Assembly (NCBI RefSeq): GCF_009914755.1
Contig: NC_060930.1
From: the human T2T-CHM13v2.0 reference genome, Homo sapiens
Direction: 5' to 3' (one strand)
DNA: 64,000 nt
The notes under the pieces are model-generated. The model did no database searches. It saw nothing but the letters and a program-made list of their open reading frames with translations, and was not told where the DNA came from. The translations under genes were made by a program, and so were the position numbers. This document shows positions 14,444 to 33,330 of this stretch, one piece after another. The stretch's first letter is position 1. Each line of letters starts with the position of its first letter.

Positions 14444-17400
14444 AAATGTCAGGGAAAGAAATCATTAGAGTGAAGGAAAGAGGCTAAGATAATTTTTAAT
14501 TTTTTGACTCTTTGTAAGTCTGTGTTTTTAATATTTTTAATTTTCCTATCACTTTTGTGATTATAAAATAAAGATTTCAAGTACAAAAATCACTTCATTA
14601 CATTGTACATTTTCTAAAAAATTTCAGCAAGCTGTGTATGTGTGTGTATTTGTTGTAAACCAAATCGTAATTTGAATTAAAGTGGGGGAACTACACTTTA
14701 TTGGAATTAGAGGGCTTCCTTTCAAAAACGTGAGCATTCCCTAGTCTCCCCAGTTCTTAGGTTTAGAATTTGGTGCATCTGGTTTTCTTTAATTTTGCTT
14801 ATTTCTACTAACCCTTGAAATCTGGGTACCATGATGGAGATTAACCATGTCGTGCTGACTTCTGAAAGATCAGGTTTATCCTAGACCCCATTACCTTCCT
14901 CTGCTTAAGCTTTTGTTGAGGAAATTTTTCCGCAGCTGAAATGAGGTTTGAAGGCTTGAAGAACAGTGATTTCCATGTGACCTAGTGTAGCTTGGAAGAA
15001 TGAAGTTCTGATTTGGAAATAGAATCATTTCCTATTGTGGTAGGTTAGTAAACTTGGAATAACAAGTATATGTTAAATAAATATAATTAAACAATAGTAA
15101 ACATTAAATTTAAAGACTATTTTTAATGCTCCATTTGTATGAACTCACTTAATCCTTACAATAGCTGTGAGGCTGTTTCACTCATGAGGAAACTACAGCA
15201 CAGAGAGGTTGGTAACTTGCCTGAATTCACAGAGTTAATAAGGATTGGTACCAGGATTGATGTTCAGGTCATCTTGTTCCTAAGTCTATTCCCTAATCAC
15301 AGCCAATGATGCAATGAATATTCTTGTGTATGTTTTCTTACATTCACATGTAGAAGGTTTTTCCAAGTGTGGCATTCTTGGCTGTAGGTTATACCCATCT
15401 TCAGCTTTACTAGCTATTGACAATTTCTTCTCTTTCTCCATATCCTAGCACTTTTAAGTAACTTTTAATATTGGTCAGTCTGATGAGTGTGAAGAGTTAG
15501 ATCATTGTGTTTTAAATATTCATTTCATTTATAACAAGAGAGTTTGAAATGTTTGCACTGGGTTTTGTCCATAGATTTGTAAGATTTTTTTTATTCTGAA
15601 TACTAAATCGTATTTTCTATATAAACATCCTTGGGCACTTTGTTCTGTTTCTCTGCTCTGTTTCCCTAGCCCTGCACTAATATACATTGTCATAGTTACA
15701 TGAGTTTTTCCTCTTTTACCTCCCCTTCCTCCTGGTCCTTCTAAAACATTGTGTATCTGATAGGATGAATCCCTTACCCTTTTTGCCTTCAAAATAGAAT
15801 TGATCATTTGTAGCCTTTTAGCTCTTTCGTATAAACATTAAGATAAGGTTGTCAAGTTCTAGGAAAAAATTCTGTTGCATTGAATATATGGATTAACTTA
15901 GGAAGTTAGTTATGCTGATTCTATCCAGCCTGCTCTTTCTGAAAATGGTGTAGTAAAATCAGTTGCTGAAGCTTTAATGGTTAATGAATCTTACTGGCTT
16001 TCCTGTGACTGGTTGCGAAAAGGGATTAACAGTTTCTAAAGTAACTACTTATGAGCATGACCTCTATCATATGTCAAGTGCTATGGCTAAAGTCTTACAA
16101 AATTTATTGTTGTTTGTGTTGTTTTAATAAATATTGAGGTATTTCTAGATTGTGTTTTGTATTAATGTGATTGTTGCTGTTTCACTGAAGTAATATAGAT
16201 GTTAGAGATACATGGAGTCACATTTGTACACTGATAACCACCATTTTTTACCCAAGACTGAGTATTTGGGATTCTTTAATGCCTTATTTGGCTCTAATTC
16301 ATAAAGCTTAGGGTGATTGCGAGTCCAGGCCCTGCTGAGCTGGGGCCAAGTGTTGAAATGAATGTTCCAAGCACTTGATGGTGTTGAATGATTCTAACTT
16401 AGAGATTGGAATGGAATTTTAGTGTATCTATTTTAAATTTCTTCAGGTTTAATATACAATCTAAAATTATGACAATTCAATCAGATATAGTCTCAGATAA
16501 ACAAGTTTAAAAAACCAGACAAAAATCTCTGGAGGAGTTTATATAACTTGGCTCTGCTGCCTTCAAAATCCTTGTAAATAAGAAACCAAAATTCTGGGGT
16601 TGATACTTTTTCTTTAGAGTTATGAACATCCCATTTTTGGAGAAACAAAGGTTACCATAGATATTTCAATTGTTAGTATTATACATATCACCACTTTTTC
16701 TTTAGTTAATCTTGGGCCACGCTTTCTGAAACAGCCTCTCCCACATGCCAAGTATTGTATTTGACCTTTTCATGTCAATTATCTACTTTGTTCTTCACAG
16801 CAATCTTATAGACTGCATATTGATTCCAAATTTATAGATGGAAAAATATGGTTGAGAGGAGTTTCCTAAAGTATAATAGCTAGAAACAACAAAGTTGGGT
16901 TTCAAACATGGTTCTATCAAATTCAGGTCTGTATTATTTTCTGTCATCCCATTCATTCTCCCAGTGCCTGGGAACTGGATAAGAAAAAATAAAAATGACA
17001 AATCTATACTTTATTTTTGAATAGGTGCTAACTCCTAAAATTCAGAAGAGCTCTTTCTTAAGTGTACCAGTGATAGCCCAACTCAATATTGACTATTCTG
17101 CTGATTTTGTTAATTTGCTCAGAAGCCTAAATTACCTGCTAATAAAAGAAATAATATTGCACAACTGGACATTCCTAATGTTAGTTACATCTGGAGGTGA
17201 TCTCATTAAACATTACAGATTTGGCTGTGTGTCTTGGGGGCTTTCTGAAATCCTAACTTTTTGCATCCTTGCCCTACAGGCACAGTTCATAAGCTCTAAA
17301 TACATAGCCAGATTAGCCATAGCCATGACAAACAGGAACCTTTCCATTTAGGTTTTTCTCTATATTTTATTTGAACTTTGGAAACAGAAGCAAGTAGATT

Positions 17401-20400
17401 TGAAAATAAGATGTTTTAGGGGTAGAATTGTCCTAGTTTCTGTATTAAATGTTAAAATAACTAAAGACTGTAGACCCAAGAGATTTAAAGATGTTGTTTA
17501 ATTTTCTAGTAGTAGAAGAAATGATTAACAGACCAACACTCTTTCAAAAGTTGATATAACACTTACATGAAAGAACCAGAGAAAATATTGGAAAGGATGG
17601 TGCCAGTTCAAGGGGCTTCAAGAACAAACTATCTCTCCATGTAGAAACTTTTCAGTGGTTGACTGTAAGGAAGGACACCAAAGAAACAGAAGAAGACAAA
17701 TCCATGCTGACACGTTCTGCTGCTCCTGCATCCAGCTACAGGGGCTAAGGGCTTAGGGTGACTTTAATGCAAATTATGGTCCAATTTTGCAATTCCATTT
17801 TCACTTGAAAAATATAAACTGAGAAAGTGTCAAGATTCTTGTCCTAAGAAGTCTTCTTTAGAGTGAAAAAGGAACCGTACTGGGTATTGGTGGTACTAGT
17901 GCTAATCCAGACCATCTCTGGCTCACTATGTGACATAGGCAAGCCTATGGCTTGGTTCTTCTGTGGTCCCTGAGTTAAGGACTACTAGTGAAACTGCCTT
18001 ACAGTTCAAAAAATGTCTCTATACGGGATCTCTAAGGTTTTTTTTTCCAACTCCAAACCTTTGTGAATCTCAGCCTGACTGGGTGCTAGGATAGGATTAA
18101 CAAGAAATTAATAACCCTAGCTAGTAGTTTCAAATTGTAAAATCATAAAACATCTCTATGAAATGAACCTTATGCAATAGTACATATCTCACAAAACACT
18201 AGAAAGTATAATTGGCTCTCTTTATCCAGAAACAAAGGGCAGACTTAAATAGACTAGAAAGATTTAGACTCATATACCAAATACTAGCTAAGTTCAACTT
18301 CTTCTTCTTTCACATAAATACTGTATGACCTTAGAGGAACCATTTAGTGTTTCTTTATTTGTTTCCTGTCTGTAAGTTGAAGGGACTATGTTATGTGATT
18401 TAAATTCTTCAACATCTAAAAGCTGAAACAGTTCTCAATTATTTCATATGAAATGCATATCGATTTTGGGAAGCATGTTATGGGTAGCTGATAAGATAGG
18501 GGAAAGATCAAACTATATTGGAGGAAACCAAGAAATGCCCAATATTATAATTAAAGCAAGTCACCACATAACTTCTCATATACTTGAGTATAACTCTTCA
18601 AGCCCTCCTCAGCCTGCAAACATAGATCTTAAATTCTTAAGATTATAATAGATATCTATAAAATCAATTTGTTCAAGAGCTTTTCAATTTTATTGTTTAA
18701 TTTGCTGGGACATTTTGGATAGCTATAGTTCACATGGAAGTTATTTAAAATCATAGGGTAGGGCCTTTTCAGGTTGACATAATTTATCTGTAGCTCTGCT
18801 TAGAAGCTGGGATATGGATGATATGACTTCTATAGGCCCCTGCATGTCCCAGGAATATATGGGTAATTGGTCTTAGCAGTGCTTGAACAGCACATGGTTT
18901 CAGTATAGAGTAGGCAGAATTTGACCCCAGAAAAACAGACAAAATTTTTATTTTTTTAAAATAAGAGCACTTGAAGAAAGCCTGAAATAAATCCAGAGTT
19001 ACTATAAACAAAGTGGAGGGAGTCTTACTCATCACAGAGAAAAGTCAGGCTCATTAAAGAAGGTAATTATTACCTCTGACATACAGAACTGTGTGCTGCT
19101 TTAAATTAAGGTTCTTAACGAGGCATTTCATTGTATGTCCTTAACTGAAGGATTTAAGGAGGCCGACTGTCTTCCACAGTCAGTGGGAATGGGTGTTCTA
19201 TGTTCATGAGCTTTACTGGTAAAGAATATTTCAGGAAAGAATAGTTCAGGAATTTAAATACACCAATGTTCACACAATTTCTGAACAGATTGCTGGTGTG
19301 CTGAAAGCCCACCCAAGCTATGTGCTTATAAGTGGAAAATTTAAACTTTGCCACATGCTAATGATATGCTAATGAATTTTCACGTTAGACAGATGACAAG
19401 AGCATGGTCTCTGTCCTTTTTCTGTTAATGTAATGAATGAGCTTGGACAAGCAGTTTTAAGAGGAAGTTGTAAACAGGTTGTAAATGTTTACATGTTTCC
19501 CTCATTTTTATTAGTTTGTTTATTTCACCTCTCTTGCTCAACAAATTTCTTTTTGTTCTTTCTGTATTGTATTGTTTATAGAATTTAAACATGCCCTCAT
19601 GCTCTTGCAAGATGAGAATTTGTCTTGATCAGCAAGAAGAAACTTTATCTATCTCAAAGCCTCCCTTTATCAAAAAGTCTATATTGAGTACCAATATCAA
19701 CTTCTCATGATGCTCATATACATAAATGTGTTATGTTTCGAGGAAAATAAATTGCTTTTCAGTGAATACATTTCTTTAAAAAGGCATATTTTACGGCTCT
19801 GCTTTTCCAAATTTAAAAATATCTCACCAAACCACAGTGCTATTATAAGAAATGAAACGGGGGTATTGCTCAAATCTAAAGTTTGCATTCTAACTCTTTT
19901 TCCAAGCATATAGCTAAATTCTGGAAAGCCTATAGCCCATTAACATGATTTCCCCAAGGATTTTTACCTGTTCCATCTAAGAGTAAGTGATAGTAGAGCA
20001 ATTTTGTAACCTCATTTTCTCTATCTATCAGAAGAGCAGCAATGTCTACCAAGCACCCAAGAGACATGCTGGTCCAAGATAGAATCTATGATCTGTACCT
20101 ACTATAGAGAAAAAAGTCTAAATCTTTCTAAACTTTCTTATACGAGAGCATTTGAGTGTGACCCATAATATTACCACCTGATTAAAATCCATTTCCAGTT
20201 AAATTACAAAGTCCTAGTGTTAATCACACACATCTCACCATGGGACTTTCAAGGTGGGTTCATATCCTTGGTAAGTGCTCAAATGTTCTCTAAGGTCAAA
20301 TATCCTGTGACAGGAACCATTATGTCAGTGTTTGACACTGACCTAGCTTTAGTCAGTTCCATCATGATATCATGCTTAAAATATATGTTTAGTCTGTTTT

Positions 20401-21126
20401 TAAAATAAATACATCATTTTCTGATTCTGTTACATGCTATCGTTCCGATCTTGACAGTTGGTACAGTCTTTATTCTTCCCTGCTTTTCTCTGCCTTGTTT
20501 ACAGATCATAGAGGTGATGTCCTACTTTGGGCCATTTTAATTAATCCAGTTTCTCCTTATATATTCCACATGATTTAAAATAAAAATTCAAGATACAAAA
20601 TTTCTATTAAATTTTATATCTATAAAATTTCTATTAAATATTAAAATTCTCAGGGAATTTGGAGCTAAATATTTATGATGAAATATCCAGAATCTTTTGT
20701 GAATATAAAGGAAATAAATCCTTTGTACATTATGTGTAATATACATGTTTTACTATATTGCACATTTTATATATATATTCAATATAAATATATTTTATAT
20801 TTATTACTATAGTGCACATTATACTTTTTTACTATAGAGTGCATTATATATATAACATAATTTTTTACTATATATTACTTACATATTTTATATATATATA
20901 ATGTGCACTATAGTAAAATATGTATACTGCATGTAACGTACTAAGTAAATAAAGAGTTTTATCAAAAAGTTTAATTCTACCAATATGTCATCCATTTATT
21001 TAAAGTGATTCATTACATTAGTCAATGGCCAGATCTTCATGTCTCAATTCTGTGTAGGTACTTTAGAGACCACAAAGCCCAGAGAAAACATGCCTCAGAT
21101 ATGTTTCTTTAATAATATTCCATTTA

Positions 21127-21264
<138 letters not shown>

Positions 21265-22124
21265 TTAAATACATATTCATAATTATTTCATTAAATTGCA
21301 ATATTAAATCCCTGAAAGATATTACAGGTGCTCTCATTTTCCCCATAGCTATTTATACCTAAATCATGTACCTTAAATCATTTATAGGTCACTTTTCTCA
21401 TCTGTGAGTTGAAAGGGTTATAGGACACATGTTCTTGTCATATTTGGGGATTACTGAGAGAATTCCCTGGACAATGTCTATTGATAGTCGTGGTTATCAT
21501 GTAAAAGCTAATAGTTCATGAGGCTCTAGACTTTTTCTAATCCTGATTTTATAGATGAGAATATAGAAGTTCTAAAAAGTTTAAGCTCAACTCAAAGTGA
21601 ATATCCAATTTATCAATAATTTAAATAAAAGAAGAAAAGCTTATGATTTGAATTTCATGATCCTTCACCTTCTGATTTTTTTGCAATAAAATATCTCTAG
21701 AATTATGAACAAATATAAATAATTTGAGACAATCTAGTATGTTCTTTTAAAGTAGAAATTCCTACAGTTATCAAACATACTAGTGAAAGCTCATTGCCAC
21801 AGTTTTTGATGTTTGCACTTGGACTTAGAGGCAAACATACCCCTATAAACTTCAAGACTCTACAAGTCCTTCGTGTGAACTATTTCTTTTTTTTTTTTTT
21901 TTTTTTTATTTATTTTTTTATTATACTTTAAGTTTTAGGGTACATGTGCACATTGTGCAGGTTAGTTACATATGTATACATGTGCCATGCTGGTACGCTG
22001 CACCCACTAACTTGTCATCTAGCATTAGGTATATCTCCCAGTGCTATCCCTCCCCCCTCCCCCCACCCCACAACAGTCCCCAGAGTGTGATATTCCCCTT
22101 CCTGTGTCCATGTGATCTCATTGT

Positions 22125-25947
<3,823 letters not shown>

Positions 25948-26010
25948 TATGATGTTAGCTCGTTATTTTGCTCGTTAGTTGATGCAGTTTCTTCCTAGTC
26001 TCGATGGTCT

Positions 26011-27027
26011 TTACATTTTGGCATGATTTTGCAGCAGCTGGTACCAGTTGTTCCTTTCCATGTTTAGCGCTTCCTTCAGGAGCTCTTTTAGGGCAGGCCT
26101 GGTGGTGACAAAATCGCTCAGCATTTGCTTGTCTGTAAAGTATTTTATTTCTCCTTCACTTATGAAGCTTAGTTTGGCTGGATATGAAATTCTGGGTTGA
26201 AAATTCTTTTCTTTAAGAATGTTGAATATTGGCCCCCACTCTCTTCTGGCTTGCAGGGTTTCTGCTGAGAGATCCGCTGATAGTCTGATAGGCTTCCCTT
26301 TGAGGGTAACCCGACCTTTCTCTCTGGCTGCCCTTAACATTTTTTCCTTCATTTCAACTTTGGTGAATCTGACAATTATGTGTCTTGGAGTTGCTCTTCT
26401 CGAGGAGTATCTTTGTGGCGTTCTCTGTATTTCCTGAATCTGAACGTTGGCCTGCCTTGCTAGATTGGGGAAGTTCTCCTGGATAATATCCTGCAGAGTG
26501 TTTTCCAACTTGGTTCCATTCTCCCCATCACTTTCAGGTACACCAATCAGACGGAGATTTGGTCTTTTCACATAGTCCCATATTTCTTGGAGGCTTTGCT
26601 CATTTCTTTTTATTCTTTTTTCTCTAAACTTCCCTTCTCGCTTCATTTCATTCATTTCATCTTCCATCACTGATACCCTTTCTTCCAGTTGATCGCATCG
26701 GCTCCTGAGGCTTCTGCATTCTTCACGTAGTTCTCGAGCCTTGGTTTTCAGCTCCATCAGCTCCTTTAAGCACTTCTCTGTATTGGTTATTCTAGTTATA
26801 CATTCTTCTAAATTTTTTTCAAAGTTTTCAACTTCTTTGCCTTTGGTTTGAATGTCCTCCCGTAGCTCAGAGTAATTTGATCGTCTGAAGCCTTCTTCTC
26901 TCAGCTCGTCAAAGTCATTCTCCATCCAGCTTTGTTCTGTTGCTGGTGAGGAACTGCGTTCCTTTGGAGGAGGAGAGGTGCTCTGCGTTTTAGAGTTTCC
27001 CGTTTTTCTGTTCTCTTTTTTCCCCAT
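26011..27027 (-). CDS. L1 ORF1p RNA-binding protein/chaperone, intact 338 aa
   Basis: Full-length ORF MGKKENRK...NHAKM retaining the REKG, ARR and YPAKLS motifs. Confidence 0.95.
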   Translation of the reverse strand: MGKKENRKTGNSKTQSTSPPPKERSSSPATEQSWMENDFDELREEGFRRSNYSELREDIQTKGKEVENFEKNLEECITRITNTEKCLKELMELKTKARELREECRSLRSRCDQLEERVSVMEDEMNEMKREGKFREKRIKRNEQSLQEIWDYVKRPNLRLIGVPESDGENGTKLENTLQDIIQENFPNLARQANVQIQEIQRTPQRYSSRRATPRHIIVRFTKVEMKEKMLRAAREKGRVTLKGKPIRLSADLSAETLQARREWGPIFNILKEKNFQPRISYPAKLSFISEGEIKYFTDKQMLSDFVTTRPALKELLKEALNMERNNWYQLLQNHAKM

Positions 27028-27928
27028 CTTTGTGGTTTTATCTACTTTTGGTCTTTGATGATGGTGATGTACAGATGGGTTTTTGGTGTGGATGTCCTTT
27101 CTGTTTGTTAGTTTTCCTTCTAACAGACAGGACCCTCAGCTGCAGGTCAGTTGGAATACCCTGCCGTGTGAGGTGTCAGTGTGCCCCTTCTGGGGGGTGC
27201 CTCCCAGTTAGGCTGCTCGGGGGTCAGGGGTCAGGGACCCACTTGAGGAGGCAGTCTGCCCGTTCTCAGATCTCCAGCTGCGTGCTGGGAGAACCACTGC
27301 TCTCTTCAAAGCTCTCAGACAGGGACATTTAAGTCTGCAGAGGTTACTGCTGTCTTTTTGTTTGTCTGTGCCCTGCCCCCAGAGGTGGAGCCTACAGAGG
27401 CAGGCAGGCCTCCTTGAGCTGTGGTGGGCTCCACCCAGTTCGCGCTTCCCGGCTGCTTTGTTTACCTAAGCAAGCCTGGGCAATGGCGGGCGCCCCTCCC
27501 CCAGCCTCGCTGCCGCCTTGCAGTTTGATCTCAGACTGCTGTGCTAGCAATCAGGGAGACTCCGTGGGCGTAGGACCCTGCGAGCCAGGTGCCGGATATA
27601 ATCTCGTGGTGCGCTGTTTTTTAAGCCGGTCGGAAAAGCGCAGTATTCGGGTGGGAGTGACCCGATTTTCCAGGTGCCGTCTGTCACCCCTTTCTTTGAC
27701 TCAGAAAGGGAACTCCCTGACCCCTTGCGCTTCCCAAGTGAGGCAATGCCTCGCCCTGCTTCGGGTCGCGCACGGTGCGCGCACCCACTGACCTGCGCCC
27801 ACTGTCTGGCACTCCCTAGTGAGATGAACCCGGTACCTCAGATGGAAATGCAGAAATCACCCGTCTTCTGCGTCGCTCACGCTGTAGACCGGAGCTGTTC
27901 CTATTCGGCCATCTTGGCTCCTCCCCCC
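27028..27928 (-). promoter_or_regulatory. L1 5'UTR internal sense promoter plus antisense promoter, CpG-rich
   Basis: Intact YY1 site CAAGATGGCCG (27906-27916, minus strand). Most CpG-dense stretch in the window. Confidence 0.85.
27483..27791 (+). CDS. L1 antisense ORF0, open 102-aa form
   Basis: ATG at 27483 gives MAGAPPPASLPPCSLISDCCASNQ..., the recognisable ORF0 N-terminus. Open to TGA at 27791; translation not shown. Confidence 0.65.
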   Translation: MAGAPPPASLPPCSLISDCCASNQGDSVGVGPCEPGAGYNLVVRCFLSRSEKRSIRVGVTRFSRCRLSPLSLTQKGNSLTPCASQVRQCLALLRVAHGARTH

Positions 27929-28482
27929 CGTGTGAACTATTTCTAAGGACGTTTTGGCAACTGAGTTTTAGAGATATTTCAAAAAAACTTTAGCATTAGT
28001 ATTTAAGGGATCTTTTAAAAGCTTTCATTTTACACTTTTGTTACCCCCCTCCCCAAGTACAAGCTTATGGCTGCTCATGTGAAGTTGGAGACAAGGCAAA
28101 GTACACTCTCAAATCACCTTCCCATGTAACTGTGCTTATTTTGGGGAACAGCTGTACACCTCTATTCTCAGCAGAGTCAGCTGAAGCTAATGGCTCTTTT
28201 GCTCTGAATCTTACCATCTTACCTTTTAAGTCCTTTCAGGACATCATTCACAATCGCATCACAACCATCTTCAGATCCGCTACTCTCCTTAAGCATATTC
28301 AATTTCCATCACTGTGAAAACCAAATGAAATTCTATTACTTAATATTGCCCCTGCTCATGACTATCATGGACACTATATCTTTTTCTTTTTTTTCATTGC
28401 CAACTTCAGGAATATTGCATAACTAACTGATTATCCATTCATTCATTCCTAGATTCAACCATTTATTAAGAATGTTAATTGG

Positions 28483-29323
<841 letters not shown>

Positions 29324-30789
29324 AAGAATGTTAATTGGACATCTGATACTGTGCTAGGGCAGTGGGGAAAACCTTTTGGCTGCTGCTGTCCCTGCCACCA
29401 AGACACACAGCACAGTGCTCAGCGTATAGTAAATGATTAATAAACAGGAGTTCTCCCACCTGCCCCCCACTTCCATTTTCTCTCCACATTCACCATTTTC
29501 CTTCCTTGTTTATTTAATATTATCAGCCATTTTTTCTTCGTGTAAATAGCACATATGCAAAATTTGGACAAGTAAAAAAATTCACCCTTGTAATCATACC
29601 GTCTTAATTACAACCCTTTTTTTTTTATCCTTCTTTACGGGAGTTGTTTTTAGTGCATATATATTTTCATGTTGCAGCTTTATATTAATGTCATGGTTGC
29701 TTATGCTAATGCATACTTGCTTTATCTTGTCCAAAAATCCAAACAACAGAGAAAAGTGTAAATAATTGAGTAAAAATGAAATGCAAGCCTTTTATCCTAA
29801 GATATCATCTCAACCTTTCAGTGATTGTGAATTTATTTATTTTCCCATGCATATATATGTAATTTCATATGGACTGAATATTGTTTAGTGTCCAAATATT
29901 TAAAAATTATGCCTGTAATATCTGAAGACACTGTAAATATAAAAATTTCAGGGAATAAAACCTATTTTGAGTTAAATCAAAGTTCCTCCCATGGAGTTGC
30001 CATCCAGTTTGATGTGGTCTTTTAAGTCGTTTTCAACAAAATTATAGCTAGAAGTAAATATTTAAATATATTAACAACATAATTGGGTTAGTACTAAATG
30101 TATTTTTCTGCAGCCCGCTTAATATAACAATGTGTTTTCAACATAGTACGATAGTAATGCATTTAGATTAACCTCATTGAATGTATTCATTTTAAAATTT
30201 TTAGCTAACTAATACATATAAATACATTTAAAAGCACTGACAACTATAAGGCTTGAAAATAAAAATAGCAGTTGTTGGTCTTACCCCTCTCTAACTTACT
30301 ACTCAGAAATTCTTTTGGACATTTTCTCTGACATGAAAATCTGTTTTGCAAAATAACGTGCATGCATTCTTATTTCTGGACTTTATTTTATATGTTGTTT
30401 ATTGGTTTCTTACAACAGAAGAATCTTTCCTAAGGAACTCTCTAACCCCCCTCATCTTTTTTCACCTGCCTGCCCTATTTCAATTACAATTTTTGTATTA
30501 AATCACTAGTCCCTGTTTACAGTATAACAACTAGATGCATATTGTTCATAGTTAAGTAATGCAGAGTACTACAATTACATTCCCTTTCTTATATTCTTCG
30601 GAGGTTAATAATTGTCTTAATTTGTGTTGTTTTCTTATATTCCCTGCGTATTTATTACTGATTTATCTTCAGATTCTTTGACAGCACTATAGCATCCTTA
30701 TTGATACGGTAAACTTTAATACTAAGATATTCACCTGTAAGCTTTCAAGATCTTCCTTTTCTCTGGGAGTCTAGGCCTTGAAATTTTTA

Positions 30790-31125
30790 AAAAATATATT
30801 TAGTGGGTACTGCTGAGGATTTCTTGCATGCATATATTGCATAGTGGTGAGGTCTGGGCTTTTAGTACACCCATCTCCTAAATAGTGAGCATTGTACCCA
30901 GTGGGTCATTTTTCAACCTTCATCCTGCTCTCCCATGTTTCGGAGTCAGCATCTACTATTCCCCTCTGTATGTTCATGTGGGCCCATTATTTAGCTCCCA
31001 TGTATAAGTGAGGACGTGCAGTGTTTGACTTTCTATTTTTGAGTGATTTCAGTTAGGATAATGGCTTCCAGTGCCATCCATGTTGCTGCATAAGACATGG
31101 TCTCATTCTTTTTTATGGCTGAGAA
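30790..31125 (-). mobile_element. L1PB-type 3' end fragment
   Basis: L1 3'UTR-like sequence (tttagctccca...tccatgttgctgca...tcattctttttatggctga). Confidence 0.7.
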
Positions 31126-31134
31126 GTATAGTGT

Positions 31135-31819
<685 letters not shown>

Positions 31820-32681
31820 TGAGTTGAATGTTTCTTGGGCCCTTCAATGTGGTAAGAAATGCTTTGGGTTATTTTTAATTTTGAGATGTTTCTGTTATTT
31901 CTTTAAGGGATTTCTTCCTTCTGAGTTTGTTGTTCTCTCTGTAGCTCCTAAATTGATTCTTTTTTATCCATTTTTTTCATTTTCATATATTTTTGTTTTA
32001 TCTTTTGTGTTTTCTTCTATTGTATCTTCCAGTCCTTAAGTAGCATTTTTGATTTATTTTGTACTAGTTGGTAATTTCTGAGAGTAATTGTTTTCTGAAT
32101 ATTCCTTTTATTTAATAGTATTCTTCCTGGTTTCATGAATCTTCTCTTACTTTCTCACTTATTTTTCGAGGTTATCAATTCCAGGGTTGTTTTGTTGTTC
32201 TTTTGCATTTGCTCATTTGTTTTTTTAGCTTTCACTTCCTCTCTTAATGGTCTCATTTTCTCTGAGTTCCTTTTCTATCTCCTTTGATCTTTGTCTTTCA
32301 TGTTGGAGACTTTAAAACATGTTGCATTATTCTGGATCTCCGTTCATATTCCAAAATGATGCAGTGATACACTAAAAGAAAGTCCTGGGCAAGTAAGTGG
32401 GTGTGATTTGTTGACCATGTAGAAACTCAACCTTTTGGTTGGAGGCTTCCAAATGCCAGTTGATGTAGGTATTTTCTCCTAGACTGGGAAATTTTCCCAG
32501 GGGTAAACCCTCTAATCTCTCATCTGTGAGAGCAGGGGGAGATGGTAAGGAAGACAGTTTAAATGTAGTCTGTCTGGCTGTTAGGGATCGGGGTATGCCA
32601 GAGGATGAGTATGTAGGAGGAGGTGGGGGGATTCTTATAAGAAAGAGATTTCACTCTCTCTCTTTCTGGTGCTTCACTCTT

Positions 32682-32763
32682 TTTTTTTTTTTTTTTTTTT
32701 GAGTCGGAGTCTCGCTTTGTCGCCCAGGCTGGAATGCAGTGGTGTGATCTCGGCTCACTGCAG
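32682..32763 (-). mobile_element. Severely 5'-truncated Alu (last ~62 nt plus tail)
   Basis: Perfect TSD tggtgcttcactctt at 32667-32681 and 32764-32778. Confidence 0.9.
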
Positions 32764-32914
32764 TGGTGCTTCACTCTTATGTTCAACTGTGTCTGATGTC
32801 TGTGAGCCCAGAGCTTCTCTGGTTCAAAGTATTTCCATAGTAAATATCCCGTCTCCTGTAGGATGGCAGAAATGTTGTTCCTTATCAGATAGGAGAGAGC
32901 ATTTGGAGTGTACA

Positions 32915-33330
32915 GTTTTTTTTTAAGTTTTATTTTGTGTTTAGTTGATACATGATTGTACGTACTTTTTGGGTACGGTGTGATGTTTTGATACATGTAG
33001 ACATTGCATAAGGATCACATTATTATTGCATAAGGATATCCATCATCTCTACCACTTGTCATTTCTTTGTGGTGAGAACATTAAAAATCCTCTCTTCTAG
33101 CTATTTTGAAATATACAATACATTTTTGTTAATTACAGTCACCCTCCTGTGTAATAGAACAGCAGACGTTATTCCTCTTAGCTAACTGTAACTTTATACT
33201 TGTTCACCAACCTCTCCCCATGCCACATCCCTCATCCCCTCCCCAGCCTCTGGTAATAACCATTCTACTCTCTACTTCTATGAACAACTCATTAGATTCC
33301 CCATATGAGTGAGATCATGGGGTATTATCA
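32915..33330 (-). mobile_element. L1MA-type 3' end fragment
   Basis: L1MA-like 3'UTR (tttctttgtggtgagaacattaaaaatcctctcttctagctattttgaaatatacaata). Confidence 0.7.
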
